64,000 nucleotides of DNA from Clostridia bacterium. GTDB taxonomy: Bacteria; Bacillota; Clostridia; Christensenellales; SZUA-584. Location: the NCBI GenBank assembly GCA_003249555.1, contig QKIQ01000024.1, positions 353 to 64,352 on the forward strand. The letters are read 5' to 3'. The translations under genes were made by a program, and so were the position numbers. The notes under the pieces were generated by a model that was given only the letters and a program-made list of their open reading frames with translations, did no database searches and was not told the origin of the DNA. Positions within the stretch are counted from its first letter, which is position 1, and each line of letters opens with the position of its first letter. Below are positions 49,936-58,530 of this stretch, one piece after another.

Positions 49936-50886
49936 ATGAAAAACGTATACATTTTTTCAGGCGAAAGCTATATGGTGCGCGACAGCCTAAAAAAGCTTAA
50001 GCAGGCATTGAATATTCCTTACGATATGCTCAACATCACAGAATACAAGACCATGCCAAAGGTCGATGAGCTGATTGCGGCTTGTGCGGGATATCCGTTT
50101 ATGGCAGATAAGCGTTTGCTTGCCGTGCTGGACAGCACGGTTCTCACGACAACCGGCAGCGCCGAAGAGGCAAAAAAGCTGGCGGCGTATATTGATAAGA
50201 TGCCCGAATCTACGGTGCTTGTGCTGTGTACCGACGGTGCGGCAGACAAACGCCGTGCGTTGTATAAGCGGATTAAGGAATTGGGAGAGGTTCGCGAATT
50301 TCCCGTGCCCACATCCGCTGTGTGCGCAAGCTTCGTGGTACAGCAGGCCAAAGCGCAAGGTGCACGGATATCGGCAAGAACCGCAGAGGAGCTTGTTGCG
50401 CTATCCGGTTGCGATTACTATTCGCTGGAAAATGAGATGGCCAAGCTTGCGGTTTACAGCGATTTTAACGAGATCACGTCCGCGCACGTGAAAGAATGCG
50501 CATCACGGTCTCTCGAATACAACGTGTTTGAAATACACAGGTTTTTTGTGCAAAGAAAAGCGGAGGAGGCGCAAAGCCTGCTTTTTGAGATACTTGAGTT
50601 CGAACGTCCCGAAGGCTTAATCGGTCTTTTTGCACGAAAGCTAAGGGATATGTATAAAACAAAAACGATGCTGGACGCAGGCTTTGGCTTGGAACGCATC
50701 GCGGCGCAGCTTAAGGTGAAAAGCTTTGCCGCACAGATGCTTTCAAAAGAGTGCGACCGGTTTTCAGCAAAGCAGCTTCGAGAGGGGCTCAAGCTGCTTG
50801 CTGATTTGGATTATGGCATCAAGTCCGGACAAATGGATTCAGACCTTGCATTAAGCGCCGCGCTTGTGCGCGTTTATGGCTTTTGA
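49936..50886 (+). CDS. holA: DNA polymerase III subunit delta
   Basis: Conserved comEC/holA synteny, 316 aa, N-terminal YIFSGESYMV and C-terminal DYGIKSG patterns. Confidence 0.85.
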   Translation: MKNVYIFSGESYMVRDSLKKLKQALNIPYDMLNITEYKTMPKVDELIAACAGYPFMADKRLLAVLDSTVLTTTGSAEEAKKLAAYIDKMPESTVLVLCTDGAADKRRALYKRIKELGEVREFPVPTSAVCASFVVQQAKAQGARISARTAEELVALSGCDYYSLENEMAKLAVYSDFNEITSAHVKECASRSLEYNVFEIHRFFVQRKAEEAQSLLFEILEFERPEGLIGLFARKLRDMYKTKTMLDAGFGLERIAAQLKVKSFAAQMLSKECDRFSAKQLREGLKLLADLDYGIKSGQMDSDLALSAALVRVYGF

Positions 50887-50900
50887 ACCCTGATAACACA

Positions 50901-50940
50901 AAAAAGCCCGTAAGGTTAAGCCTTAGGGCTCTACGTTTTC
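50901..50940. terminator. Bidirectional terminator between holA and rpsT
   Basis: 10-bp stem AGCCC(G)TAAGG/CCTTAGGGCT flanked by A5 upstream and TTTT downstream. Confidence 0.7.
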
Positions 50941-50954
50941 GTGTATAGGGCGCT

Positions 50955-51221
50955 TTAAGCGGTCAATGAAGACATCGCCTTGGTAATCTGCGCTTTCTTG
51001 CGGTTCACAGCGTTTTTGTGAAGCGCGCCCTTAAGAGCTGCTTTGTCAAGCGCACCAGTGTATTCTTTATACAGCGCAACAGCTGCATCCTTATCGCTGG
51101 CTTCGACAGCCGCAGCAAACTTCTTCGCTATTGTCTTAAGTTCGGATTTGACGATGCGATTTCTTAAATTGGCCTTGGCTTCAACTCTCATGCGTCTTTC
51201 CGCTGATTTGATATTAGGCAA
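50955..51221 (-). CDS. rpsT: 30S ribosomal protein S20
   Basis: TTG start behind GGAGG. Sequence (M)PNIKSAERRMRVEAKANLRNR..., 88 aa. The longer track ORF (to 51533) is an artefactual extension. Confidence 0.93.
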   Translation of the reverse strand: MPNIKSAERRMRVEAKANLRNRIVKSELKTIAKKFAAAVEASDKDAAVALYKEYTGALDKAALKGALHKNAVNRKKAQITKAMSSLTA

Positions 51222-51417
51222 GTGTCCAAACCTCCATTTGTTGATACTCGTTTTGATAACGAATCGTATTTTAACATAAGCATTCGCGTTTTGCAACTGA
51301 ATTATCAGGCGAATGCCAAAAGTTTTGCCTGTAATAACGTGGTTTTTATGAATTTTATGATAGCAGTGAAAAAACGAATATGATAGAATACTGCTAATAA
51401 ACAGGGGGAGGAAACAT

Positions 51418-51606
51418 ATGTATTGCAAAAAATGCGGGAAGGAATACCCGAAAACAAAAAAGATTTGCAGCGAATGCAAAATAGCATTGGTGAACGGCAC
51501 GGCGCCGAGCTCTAGAGAATATAAATTCAACAAGGTGCCTGTTGTTATTTTCAGCGTTATCGTTGTGGTTCTTGTTGCCGTCTTTTTGATTGTCGGTCTT
51601 AGCTAA
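51418..51606 (+). CDS. Small zinc-ribbon membrane protein
   Basis: CKKC-x11-CSEC then one TM. RBS GGGGGAGG. Confidence 0.6.
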   Translation: MYCKKCGKEYPKTKKICSECKIALVNGTAPSSREYKFNKVPVVIFSVIVVVLVAVFLIVGLS

Positions 51607-51706
51607 TTCTCTGCAAGAGCAGTTTTTACTGCTCTTATCATAGCATCTGAATCAAATGTGTACATATTAACAGATATAATCTATAAAGTCATAAAGGAGA
51701 TATGCT

Positions 51707-52681
51707 ATGTTTTGTACGAAATGCGGTCAAAGCAATCCTGAAGGCGCAGCTTTTTGTTCTTCCTGCGGCAACGCATTGTCGGCGGTGCCGGAAGCGGCTC
51801 AACAAGCGCCTATACCGCAGGAACAGAATGTGCCCGCCCCGCAGCCGCCCGAAGCGCCGCCGAATCAGCAGGGCTTTAATTATGTAGCGATGCAGCAGCC
51901 GTATCCGCCTCAGGGTGTTTACTTGAAGAAGAAAAGCCGTGCGGGTCTTATTGCCGGGCTCATTATCGGCGGCACCTTGCTAATCGCGGCAGTGGCTGTG
52001 CTGTTGTTTGTTTGGCCAGGGTTTCTCACACAAAGCCCACCGGTCAAAGGATTCTGGTACAGCGAAGACCGTGGAGAGGCGCTGGAATTTAAAAACAACA
52101 ACACGATACGTGTCTATACTGTTGATAATGAATTTAAGGGTGATTACACATATGAGAGCGCACAAGGTTTGGGTCGCATCACTGTGGAGGACAAAGACTA
52201 TCGGTTTGCAGTGACTGAGGACGGACTTTTTGTGGAGAGTATTGGCAACTACAAGCAAGCTGATGCTAACTTTGACGTCGATGATTTTGTTGGCGATATG
52301 TGGTCGGCATTTAATGAATATGATCTGAGCAATCAGGAGAATCATCTGCTGAACAGCGATCCCGTTGACAATCTGGATCCCGGCAATATGACTGATATTT
52401 CAGGCATTCAGGGGCTGTGGTATGAGACGACCGGTTATGGAGGGACGCTTGAGTTTTACAATGACGGGACATACGACATGACCATTGTGGGCTATGTTTT
52501 TAAAGGGACATACGACTATGATGCTTCTTTAGGAACAGGAACGCTCTATGAACATGATACGGGGGAAACTTATCCGCTAACCGTGTCAAACGGAATACTG
52601 GAAACGGATGGTTATCAGTATACGGCCGAGTATGTGGAGCAGTATGATTGGAGCAGCGACCCTGAAAACCTTCTAAGCTAA
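51707..52681 (+). CDS. Zinc-ribbon / single-TM protein with duplicated lipocalin-like ectodomain
   Basis: CTKC-x10-CSSC, Pro/Gln linker, TM, then two similar units (GFWYSE..LEFKNNNT..KGDYTY and GLWYET..LEFYNDGT..KGTYDY). Confidence 0.7.
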   Translation: MFCTKCGQSNPEGAAFCSSCGNALSAVPEAAQQAPIPQEQNVPAPQPPEAPPNQQGFNYVAMQQPYPPQGVYLKKKSRAGLIAGLIIGGTLLIAAVAVLLFVWPGFLTQSPPVKGFWYSEDRGEALEFKNNNTIRVYTVDNEFKGDYTYESAQGLGRITVEDKDYRFAVTEDGLFVESIGNYKQADANFDVDDFVGDMWSAFNEYDLSNQENHLLNSDPVDNLDPGNMTDISGIQGLWYETTGYGGTLEFYNDGTYDMTIVGYVFKGTYDYDASLGTGTLYEHDTGETYPLTVSNGILETDGYQYTAEYVEQYDWSSDPENLLS

Positions 52682-52713
52682 GACAATCGGATCATTAAGG
52701 TTAAGTTGTTTTT

Positions 52714-52760
52714 GCCCCGCTTCTATCCCAAACGCTTTGGGGTGTTGGCGGGGTATTTAT
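52714..52760 (+). terminator. Compound hairpin terminator
   Basis: CCCCGC/GCGGGG outer stem enclosing CCCAAA/TTTGGG, then a T-rich tract. Confidence 0.45.
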
Positions 52761-52793
52761 TGATTGGATATAAAAACAAAAGAGGAGGATGCC

Positions 52794-53654
52794 GTGAAGG
52801 CATTTATTGATTATATATCATCATATTATCCGGAAAATATGAGGCCGCTTTTTTTTTCGGGAAGGTCGGTAGCAATCACGCGTATTAATGCATTTCTTGG
52901 CGGGAACACCCTGAAAACCGGCCATTTTTACCACATTGTTTCGCTGACAGACAATGCGCCGCCATTAATTGACAGGGAGCAAGTTTTTCGGTACGGAAAA
53001 GAGTTTCTTGTGATGCTGCCGCCCGAACGGGAGTATACAATTCAAGGCGTGTTTGAATGCTGCGGCTGTCCGCAATACTATCTCATTGTTACAAAATCGG
53101 TGATGGAGCGTATTGCCAAAGAGTTTAACGGTGTTGGATTTGACGGGCGCATCATGGCCCGCAGCATTAAAAATCAGACAGCGGACATTATTCAAAGAAT
53201 TGAGGATGAGCTTGCTGGCAAGGCGTTTGGTTATGAAGCCGTTACGCATCATCTGGTTTCCGTTCTTGTGGCTCATATGCTTCGGGGCGATAATGCACAG
53301 TGTGCCTTGGCGGAAGATATGGCCATCAGTCAAGTGTGCGAATATATTCATGCGTACTTTGATTCGGTTATCAGCATAGATGAGCTTGCATCCATCGCCA
53401 ATATGAGCAAATACCATTTTCTAAGAGAGTTCAAGAAGGCAATGGGATTAACGCCCTACAGTTATATACAAGGCCAGAGATTAAACAAAGCAAAGGAACT
53501 GCTATTAAGCACAGACCATTCGGTTTCTGATATCGCGCGGCTGTGCGGGTTTGTGAATGCGTCACATTTTTCTTACGCCACCAGGAGACACTTCGGCAAG
53601 ACGCCGACCGAGCTGAGAATTTCAAAAAGCAATATCAAGACAGAAAATCGATAA
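52794..53654 (+). CDS. AraC-family transcriptional regulator
   Basis: C-terminal double HTH (SIDELASIANMSKYHFLREFKKAMGLTPYSY...SDIARLCGFVNASHFSYATRRHFGKTP). GTG start behind AGAGGAGG. Confidence 0.9.
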   Translation: MKAFIDYISSYYPENMRPLFFSGRSVAITRINAFLGGNTLKTGHFYHIVSLTDNAPPLIDREQVFRYGKEFLVMLPPEREYTIQGVFECCGCPQYYLIVTKSVMERIAKEFNGVGFDGRIMARSIKNQTADIIQRIEDELAGKAFGYEAVTHHLVSVLVAHMLRGDNAQCALAEDMAISQVCEYIHAYFDSVISIDELASIANMSKYHFLREFKKAMGLTPYSYIQGQRLNKAKELLLSTDHSVSDIARLCGFVNASHFSYATRRHFGKTPTELRISKSNIKTENR

Positions 53655-53726
53655 TATCAGGATAGAACTCTTCAGCTATAAATGGTAATATTAAAAACAT
53701 GATTTTAAAGTATATGCTGTAGCTTG

Positions 53727-53753
53727 AAAAGTGAAGCAATAATTCACTTTTTA
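53727..53753 (+). terminator. Rho-independent terminator after the AraC gene
   Basis: AAAAGTGAA/TTCACTTTT stem with 7-nt loop and a T-run. Confidence 0.75.
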
Positions 53754-53887
53754 GTTGATGAGAGGCTGTATTTATAATCTATCCCCATCTCCCTGGCAGT
53801 TTTCAGCTTGAAAGCCGCCATTCTTTTTTTGTAGGCAATTGTTTGTTGGCGTTGGAAAACAATGGCTCATTTGCAATGGTGTATCTG

Positions 53888-53916
53888 TTGTCTTTTACAT
53901 CTAAGCGTGGTACAAT
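53888..53916 (+). promoter_or_regulatory. Promoter of the CotH gene (twin of the promoter at 57087)
   Basis: TTGTCT, 17-nt spacer, TACAAT. Confidence 0.6.
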
Positions 53917-53978
53917 CAGTCGTGTTATCTGTACATATAAAGTCAGTTGCACTATTTTAAGCGGGGGGAGTGTGAGCC

Positions 53979-56900
53979 TTGAGAAGATTAAAAAACTTTG
54001 TAGTCATCATCATCGCGGCAGCTTTGTGCGCCGGGATTTTAATATTTGTGTTAAACGAACAGGGAAATGGCGGTACCGGTACTCCCGCTATATCTGGTTC
54101 TGTGGTTATCAATGAGTTTATGGCGTCCAACGGGGGATGCCTGATTGATGACAAGGGCGACAAAAGCGATTGGGTTGAAATATTCAATCCAAGCAGTGAG
54201 GCCGTTAATCTTTCCGGGATGGGGCTTTCCGATGATAAAACGGAAGTGAAATGGGCATTTCCCGGTGTGACATTGGAAGCAGGTGGCTACATAGTTGTTT
54301 TTGCGTCCGGCAATACGCAAACGGATACGAACGGTGTCTTGCATGCAAGCTTTAAACTGAGTGCGGACAGCGGCGGTGTTTATTTGACGGATACTGCGGG
54401 AAAGACCATTGATGAGGTCGAGTACAAAGAACAGGTAAAGAACGTTTCGGCAGGCAGGCAAGTGGACGATATGTCGGTATGGACCACCTTTGACAGCCCG
54501 ACGCCGGGTTACTCAAACGATGAGGCCGGTGCTCAGGCGTTTGAGTCGAGCCGTTATGCGCCGGATTCCGCATTGCTGATAACCGAGGTCATGGCGGCCA
54601 ATCAGACAACGCTGACAGACAACAACGGTATTTATAGTGACTATATCGAAATATACAACGCAGGTACAGAACCAGCGAATCTTGCAGGCTATGGTCTGTC
54701 GGACGATCCGCAAAATGTGCTGGATTGGAAATTCCCCGATGTAACGATACAGCCGGGGGCTTATCTCGTTGTGTTCGCATCCGGTGCGGACAAAAAAGCA
54801 ACAGACATTGAAAAGGGAGCGATTCATTCTAGCTTTGGCATCTCGTCCTACCAGGAAGTGATGACGCTGGCTTCGCCAACAGGACTGATACTCGACCAAG
54901 TGACAGTTTCGGAATCTCAGGCAGATATGGCATACGCGCGAACACTGGGGGAAGGCGGCCTATACATAGACGAATGGGGCTCGTCAAACAAACCGTCTCC
55001 GGGATATCCCAACACGGATGACGGGTATCAGCAGTTTATCGCAGCCAATCCCTTGGCGCTCGGAGACATCGTCATCAGCGAGGTGATGACCTCGAATTCG
55101 CAGTTTCTTACCGAAGATAACGGTGAAACATACGACTGGATCGAGCTTTACAACCGCGGCAGTCAAGCGGTCAATCTTGCGGGCTACGGGCTGACGGACA
55201 ACACGGGCAACCCTGCGAAGTTCCGCTTGCCAGACAAAACGCTGGCGCCGGGAGAGTATTATACGGTGCTCGCGTCAGGGCTAGCAGGCGATGAAAGCAT
55301 AAAAAAAAACTATGTACATACCAGCTTTAAGCTGAGCGCAAGCGGAGAAGTGCTCGCGCTTTTTAATGCTGACGGCGTATTGCAGGACAAGCTTACAATC
55401 GGCAGCTTGCCGCGCGGCTTATCAGTGGGCAGAATGGCGCAGCAGGACGGCGTTTTTTATTTTACCGAGCCGACGCCCGCGGCGGCGAATATTAACCCAA
55501 ACAGCGGCTTTGTGGCAACGCCCATGCCGAATATTCCGGCGGGAAGCTATCCATCCGCTCAGACGGTGACACTTTCAAACGGCACGCAGGACGCATCCAT
55601 ATATTACACCACGGACGGTACAGTTCCCACCACGAGCTCTACGCCATATACAGGGCCTATTGCAATGAACGAAACGGGCATGATTCGGGCGCGCGCGTTC
55701 AAGGATGGGTACCTCGACAGCGAAACACAGACGGCAACTTATGTCATAGGGGCAACGCATACGTTGCCCGTAATTTCACTTGTGACAGACCCCGATAACC
55801 TGGTTGATCCGGAAACGGGTATATATGTGTTAGGACCCAATGCTCAGCTGATAGAAGGCCATACGGAGCACTATCAAGTCGCTAACTATCTGGAGGAAGG
55901 CAGGGAATCCGAACGCCCTGCATCGTTTGAGGTTTTTGATGAAAGCGGTCACAGGGTGTTTGAACAGGATGTTGCCATCCGTATACAAGGCGGCTTCAGT
56001 CGAGACAATCAACAAAAATCCTTTGCTGTTTACGCACGCAGCGAGTATGGCAAGGGCTCGATGGCATACCCGTTTTTTGATAATTTGCCGTTTGAGGAAT
56101 ACAAATCGCTCGTGCTGAGAAACGGCGGGCAGGACCAGTGGTATGCCAAAATCAAGGAAGCGGTGATCCTCAACATCCTGAACGGAAAGACAAATTGTCT
56201 GACTCAGAGTTATAAGACGTATGTGGTGTATTTGAACGGTGAGTATTGGGGCGTTTATTTTCTTGAAGAAAAACGAAACGAAGATTTTATTGCTCAGCAT
56301 GAAGAGGTGGAAGAACCGAACGGCATCAATGTCCTGTCTGGTTCAGGTTTGAACTATGTGTTAAACGGGACGAACGAAGAATACAAGAAATTATATGAAT
56401 TCATAACCACGCATGATATGTCCGTGAAAGAAAACCATGAGTATCTGGCGGAGAGGTTGGATACCGACAGCTTTTTGGATCTGATGGTCAATCAGGTTTA
56501 TGTGGCGAACTCGGATTATTACAATCTGCAGTTTTATCAGGTGCCCGGTGGCAAATGGAAACAGATATTTTATGATATGTGCTGGGCATTTCGGGAGCCC
56601 GATCATTCGACATTATCGCGGCGCAGAGACTCTGATGTGGGCGGTTCCACGATGTTCAACGCTCTGTTGGCATACGAACCATGGAAAATGGCGTTTGTCG
56701 AGCGCTTTGCTTGGTCGATGGAAAATTTCTATACCACGGATAACCTCATCAGTGTGATTGACGAGGTGGCCGCTTCGGTGGCGGCGGAAATGCCTGTGGA
56801 GCGCGCTAAGTTCACCGATTATAAACGGGATTGGGATACGGAGGTGGAATCGATGCGCACGTTCGCCAAGGAGCGCCCATATCAGGTGCTGTTACAGATA

Positions 56901-57017
56901 AAAAGCGTGCTGGGCGTGTCGGGATCAACGCTTCGTGGTTACTTTAGTTTTACCGATGAACAGATGAAAAGCGGGTTTAATCTGTCGGACGAGCAGATGC
57001 AAAACCTTTTTGGTTAA
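53979..57017 (+). CDS. Membrane-anchored protein with three lamin-tail domains, a chitobiase/hexosaminidase-C-like Ig domain and a CotH atypical kinase domain
   Basis: Signal anchor FVVIIIAAALCAGILIFVL. Three LTD repeats (INEFMASN..DWVEIFN, ITEVMAAN..DYIEIYN, ISEVMTSN..DWIELYN). YYTTDG...ARAF. A CotH region of about 400 aa (IRIQGG..SF.., LRNGGQD, YWGVYFLEEK). Confidence 0.85.
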   Translation: MRRLKNFVVIIIAAALCAGILIFVLNEQGNGGTGTPAISGSVVINEFMASNGGCLIDDKGDKSDWVEIFNPSSEAVNLSGMGLSDDKTEVKWAFPGVTLEAGGYIVVFASGNTQTDTNGVLHASFKLSADSGGVYLTDTAGKTIDEVEYKEQVKNVSAGRQVDDMSVWTTFDSPTPGYSNDEAGAQAFESSRYAPDSALLITEVMAANQTTLTDNNGIYSDYIEIYNAGTEPANLAGYGLSDDPQNVLDWKFPDVTIQPGAYLVVFASGADKKATDIEKGAIHSSFGISSYQEVMTLASPTGLILDQVTVSESQADMAYARTLGEGGLYIDEWGSSNKPSPGYPNTDDGYQQFIAANPLALGDIVISEVMTSNSQFLTEDNGETYDWIELYNRGSQAVNLAGYGLTDNTGNPAKFRLPDKTLAPGEYYTVLASGLAGDESIKKNYVHTSFKLSASGEVLALFNADGVLQDKLTIGSLPRGLSVGRMAQQDGVFYFTEPTPAAANINPNSGFVATPMPNIPAGSYPSAQTVTLSNGTQDASIYYTTDGTVPTTSSTPYTGPIAMNETGMIRARAFKDGYLDSETQTATYVIGATHTLPVISLVTDPDNLVDPETGIYVLGPNAQLIEGHTEHYQVANYLEEGRESERPASFEVFDESGHRVFEQDVAIRIQGGFSRDNQQKSFAVYARSEYGKGSMAYPFFDNLPFEEYKSLVLRNGGQDQWYAKIKEAVILNILNGKTNCLTQSYKTYVVYLNGEYWGVYFLEEKRNEDFIAQHEEVEEPNGINVLSGSGLNYVLNGTNEEYKKLYEFITTHDMSVKENHEYLAERLDTDSFLDLMVNQVYVANSDYYNLQFYQVPGGKWKQIFYDMCWAFREPDHSTLSRRRDSDVGGSTMFNALLAYEPWKMAFVERFAWSMENFYTTDNLISVIDEVAASVAAEMPVERAKFTDYKRDWDTEVESMRTFAKERPYQVLLQIKSVLGVSGSTLRGYFSFTDEQMKSGFNLSDEQMQNLFG

Positions 57018-57086
57018 CGTCATATAGTTAATCGGGTAGGCAGGCCTTGCCTGATTACTTAATATGGAAATATACGTGTAAAATTG

Positions 57087-57115
57087 TTGTCTTTTGCAAG
57101 CAAGCGTGATACAAT
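57087..57115 (+). promoter_or_regulatory. Promoter of the VTC/DUF4956 operon (twin of the promoter at 53888)
   Basis: TTGTCT, 17-nt spacer, TACAAT. Confidence 0.6.
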
Positions 57116-57255
57116 CATTCGAGGTCATTTTACATGGCGTTAACAAAGCTTTTAGAGCAGAATTTTTTTGCGTTTTTTATAAGGCCGATCGGTAATGATG
57201 CATTGTAAAGCTTGCTGAACGCTAATAAACCAGCATTCGGGAATGCCCTAAAAGA

Positions 57256-58515
57256 ATGAAAGACGGAAAAATGTCAAGAAGAGATGAAGAGATTTTCAGA
57301 AAACTGAAGAAAGAAAAGCCGCTTTTAAAGCGCAAGAATATTCAGCCTTTGTCAGCTGGAGATTTCAGGAAAAGCGATTTATCGTTGGACAGACCGAAGG
57401 TTGCGTCAAAGCGCGTAGGGTCAAAGCCAAACGAACTCAATGTCTTTTCTGCTGTGTCAAAAAGTGCAGCCAGCCCTAAGCAGGCGGCCAAACGTGGGGC
57501 GTCGCTTGCCAGCCGTTATAACCGCACGAGGCAAAGCGACGAAACTCAGCCGGAGCTCAGCGTGTTCACCCAAGAGGAACGCTTGGAAAAACCTGCAAAT
57601 CCGGCTGTTAAGACGCGCGGACAAGCGCCGTCTGCCAAGCAGGCAAGAACAAGCAAAACGGCCGCTGCAAAATCGCCGCAAGCTGACGGACTCAGCATTT
57701 TTACTGAACAGACAGTAACAAAAAAGGCTCCGCAGGTGCTTCATGCCGACAGGGGATACAGCCCGTCTGCGCCGATGATGCGCGTTGACCAGCACGATTT
57801 TGATTATTTGCAGGTTAATGCGTCTCACGCAAAGCCGGATTTTCGTCATGAGCTGAAATACTATATCAACTATCATGATTATGTATTGTTAAAAAACACG
57901 ATTAAAGCGCTGCTGAGTATCGACCATAACGCGAACACAGATGGCCATTATCATATTCGCAGCCTTTATTTTGACGATGTGTATGAGACAGCGCTTAAAG
58001 ATAAGGTTGCGGGAACCGATGAACGCAGTAAATACCGTGTTCGGATTTACAATTACAGCGACAGCGTCATCAAATTTGAAAAGAAGATCAAGCGCGGGCA
58101 GTTTATTTCCAAAGTCAGTATCGGGCTTTCGCGCGATGAGTGCGACAGTATCATAGCCGGCAATTACGACTTTCTCGCTGTAAGACCTGAGCCGCTGGCA
58201 TCGGAAATCTATTTACAGATGAAAAACAATGCGCTAAAACCGCGCGTAATTGTGGATTACTGGCGCGAAGCGTATGTGTCGCCGTTTGAGAACGTTCGCG
58301 TCACATTCGACAAAGACATAAAGGGTGGGCTTTGGCTCACGGATATCTTTAACGCGAAAGCGCCCACGATGCCCATGCTGGATGAAGGTGTGATGGTGCT
58401 TGAGGTGAAGTTCAACCGCTATATGCCCGAGTTTATTAAAACCGTGCTCAGCAATGTAAACGCGGCGCAAAGAAGCGCGATATCAAAATATGTATTATGC
58501 AGAAAGTTTGACTAG
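57256..58515 (+). CDS. VTC-domain (triphosphate tunnel, polyphosphate-polymerase-like) protein with a basic disordered N-terminal extension of about 190 aa
   Basis: C-terminal strands RHELKY, IRSLYFDD, KYRVRIY, FEKKIK, VDYWRE, RVTFD, VLEVKF. The start is uncertain (weak RBS; an internal ATG lies at 57775). Confidence 0.75.
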   Translation: MKDGKMSRRDEEIFRKLKKEKPLLKRKNIQPLSAGDFRKSDLSLDRPKVASKRVGSKPNELNVFSAVSKSAASPKQAAKRGASLASRYNRTRQSDETQPELSVFTQEERLEKPANPAVKTRGQAPSAKQARTSKTAAAKSPQADGLSIFTEQTVTKKAPQVLHADRGYSPSAPMMRVDQHDFDYLQVNASHAKPDFRHELKYYINYHDYVLLKNTIKALLSIDHNANTDGHYHIRSLYFDDVYETALKDKVAGTDERSKYRVRIYNYSDSVIKFEKKIKRGQFISKVSIGLSRDECDSIIAGNYDFLAVRPEPLASEIYLQMKNNALKPRVIVDYWREAYVSPFENVRVTFDKDIKGGLWLTDIFNAKAPTMPMLDEGVMVLEVKFNRYMPEFIKTVLSNVNAAQRSAISKYVLCRKFD

Positions 58516-58530
58516 GAGGATATATAAAAA

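Noticed and set aside
50955-51533. 192-aa minus-strand ORF from the track
   Set aside because: Only the last 88 codons are real (ribosomal protein S20, with a TTG start at 51221 behind GGAGG). The upstream 104 codons are an in-frame read-through of the promoter region.
53843-54115. 90-aa + strand ORF spanning the CotH promoter and start
   Set aside because: It overlaps the predicted promoter and the better-supported CotH start (TTG at 53979 behind GGGGGGAG). It has no RBS and a hydrophobic, Cys-rich junk composition.
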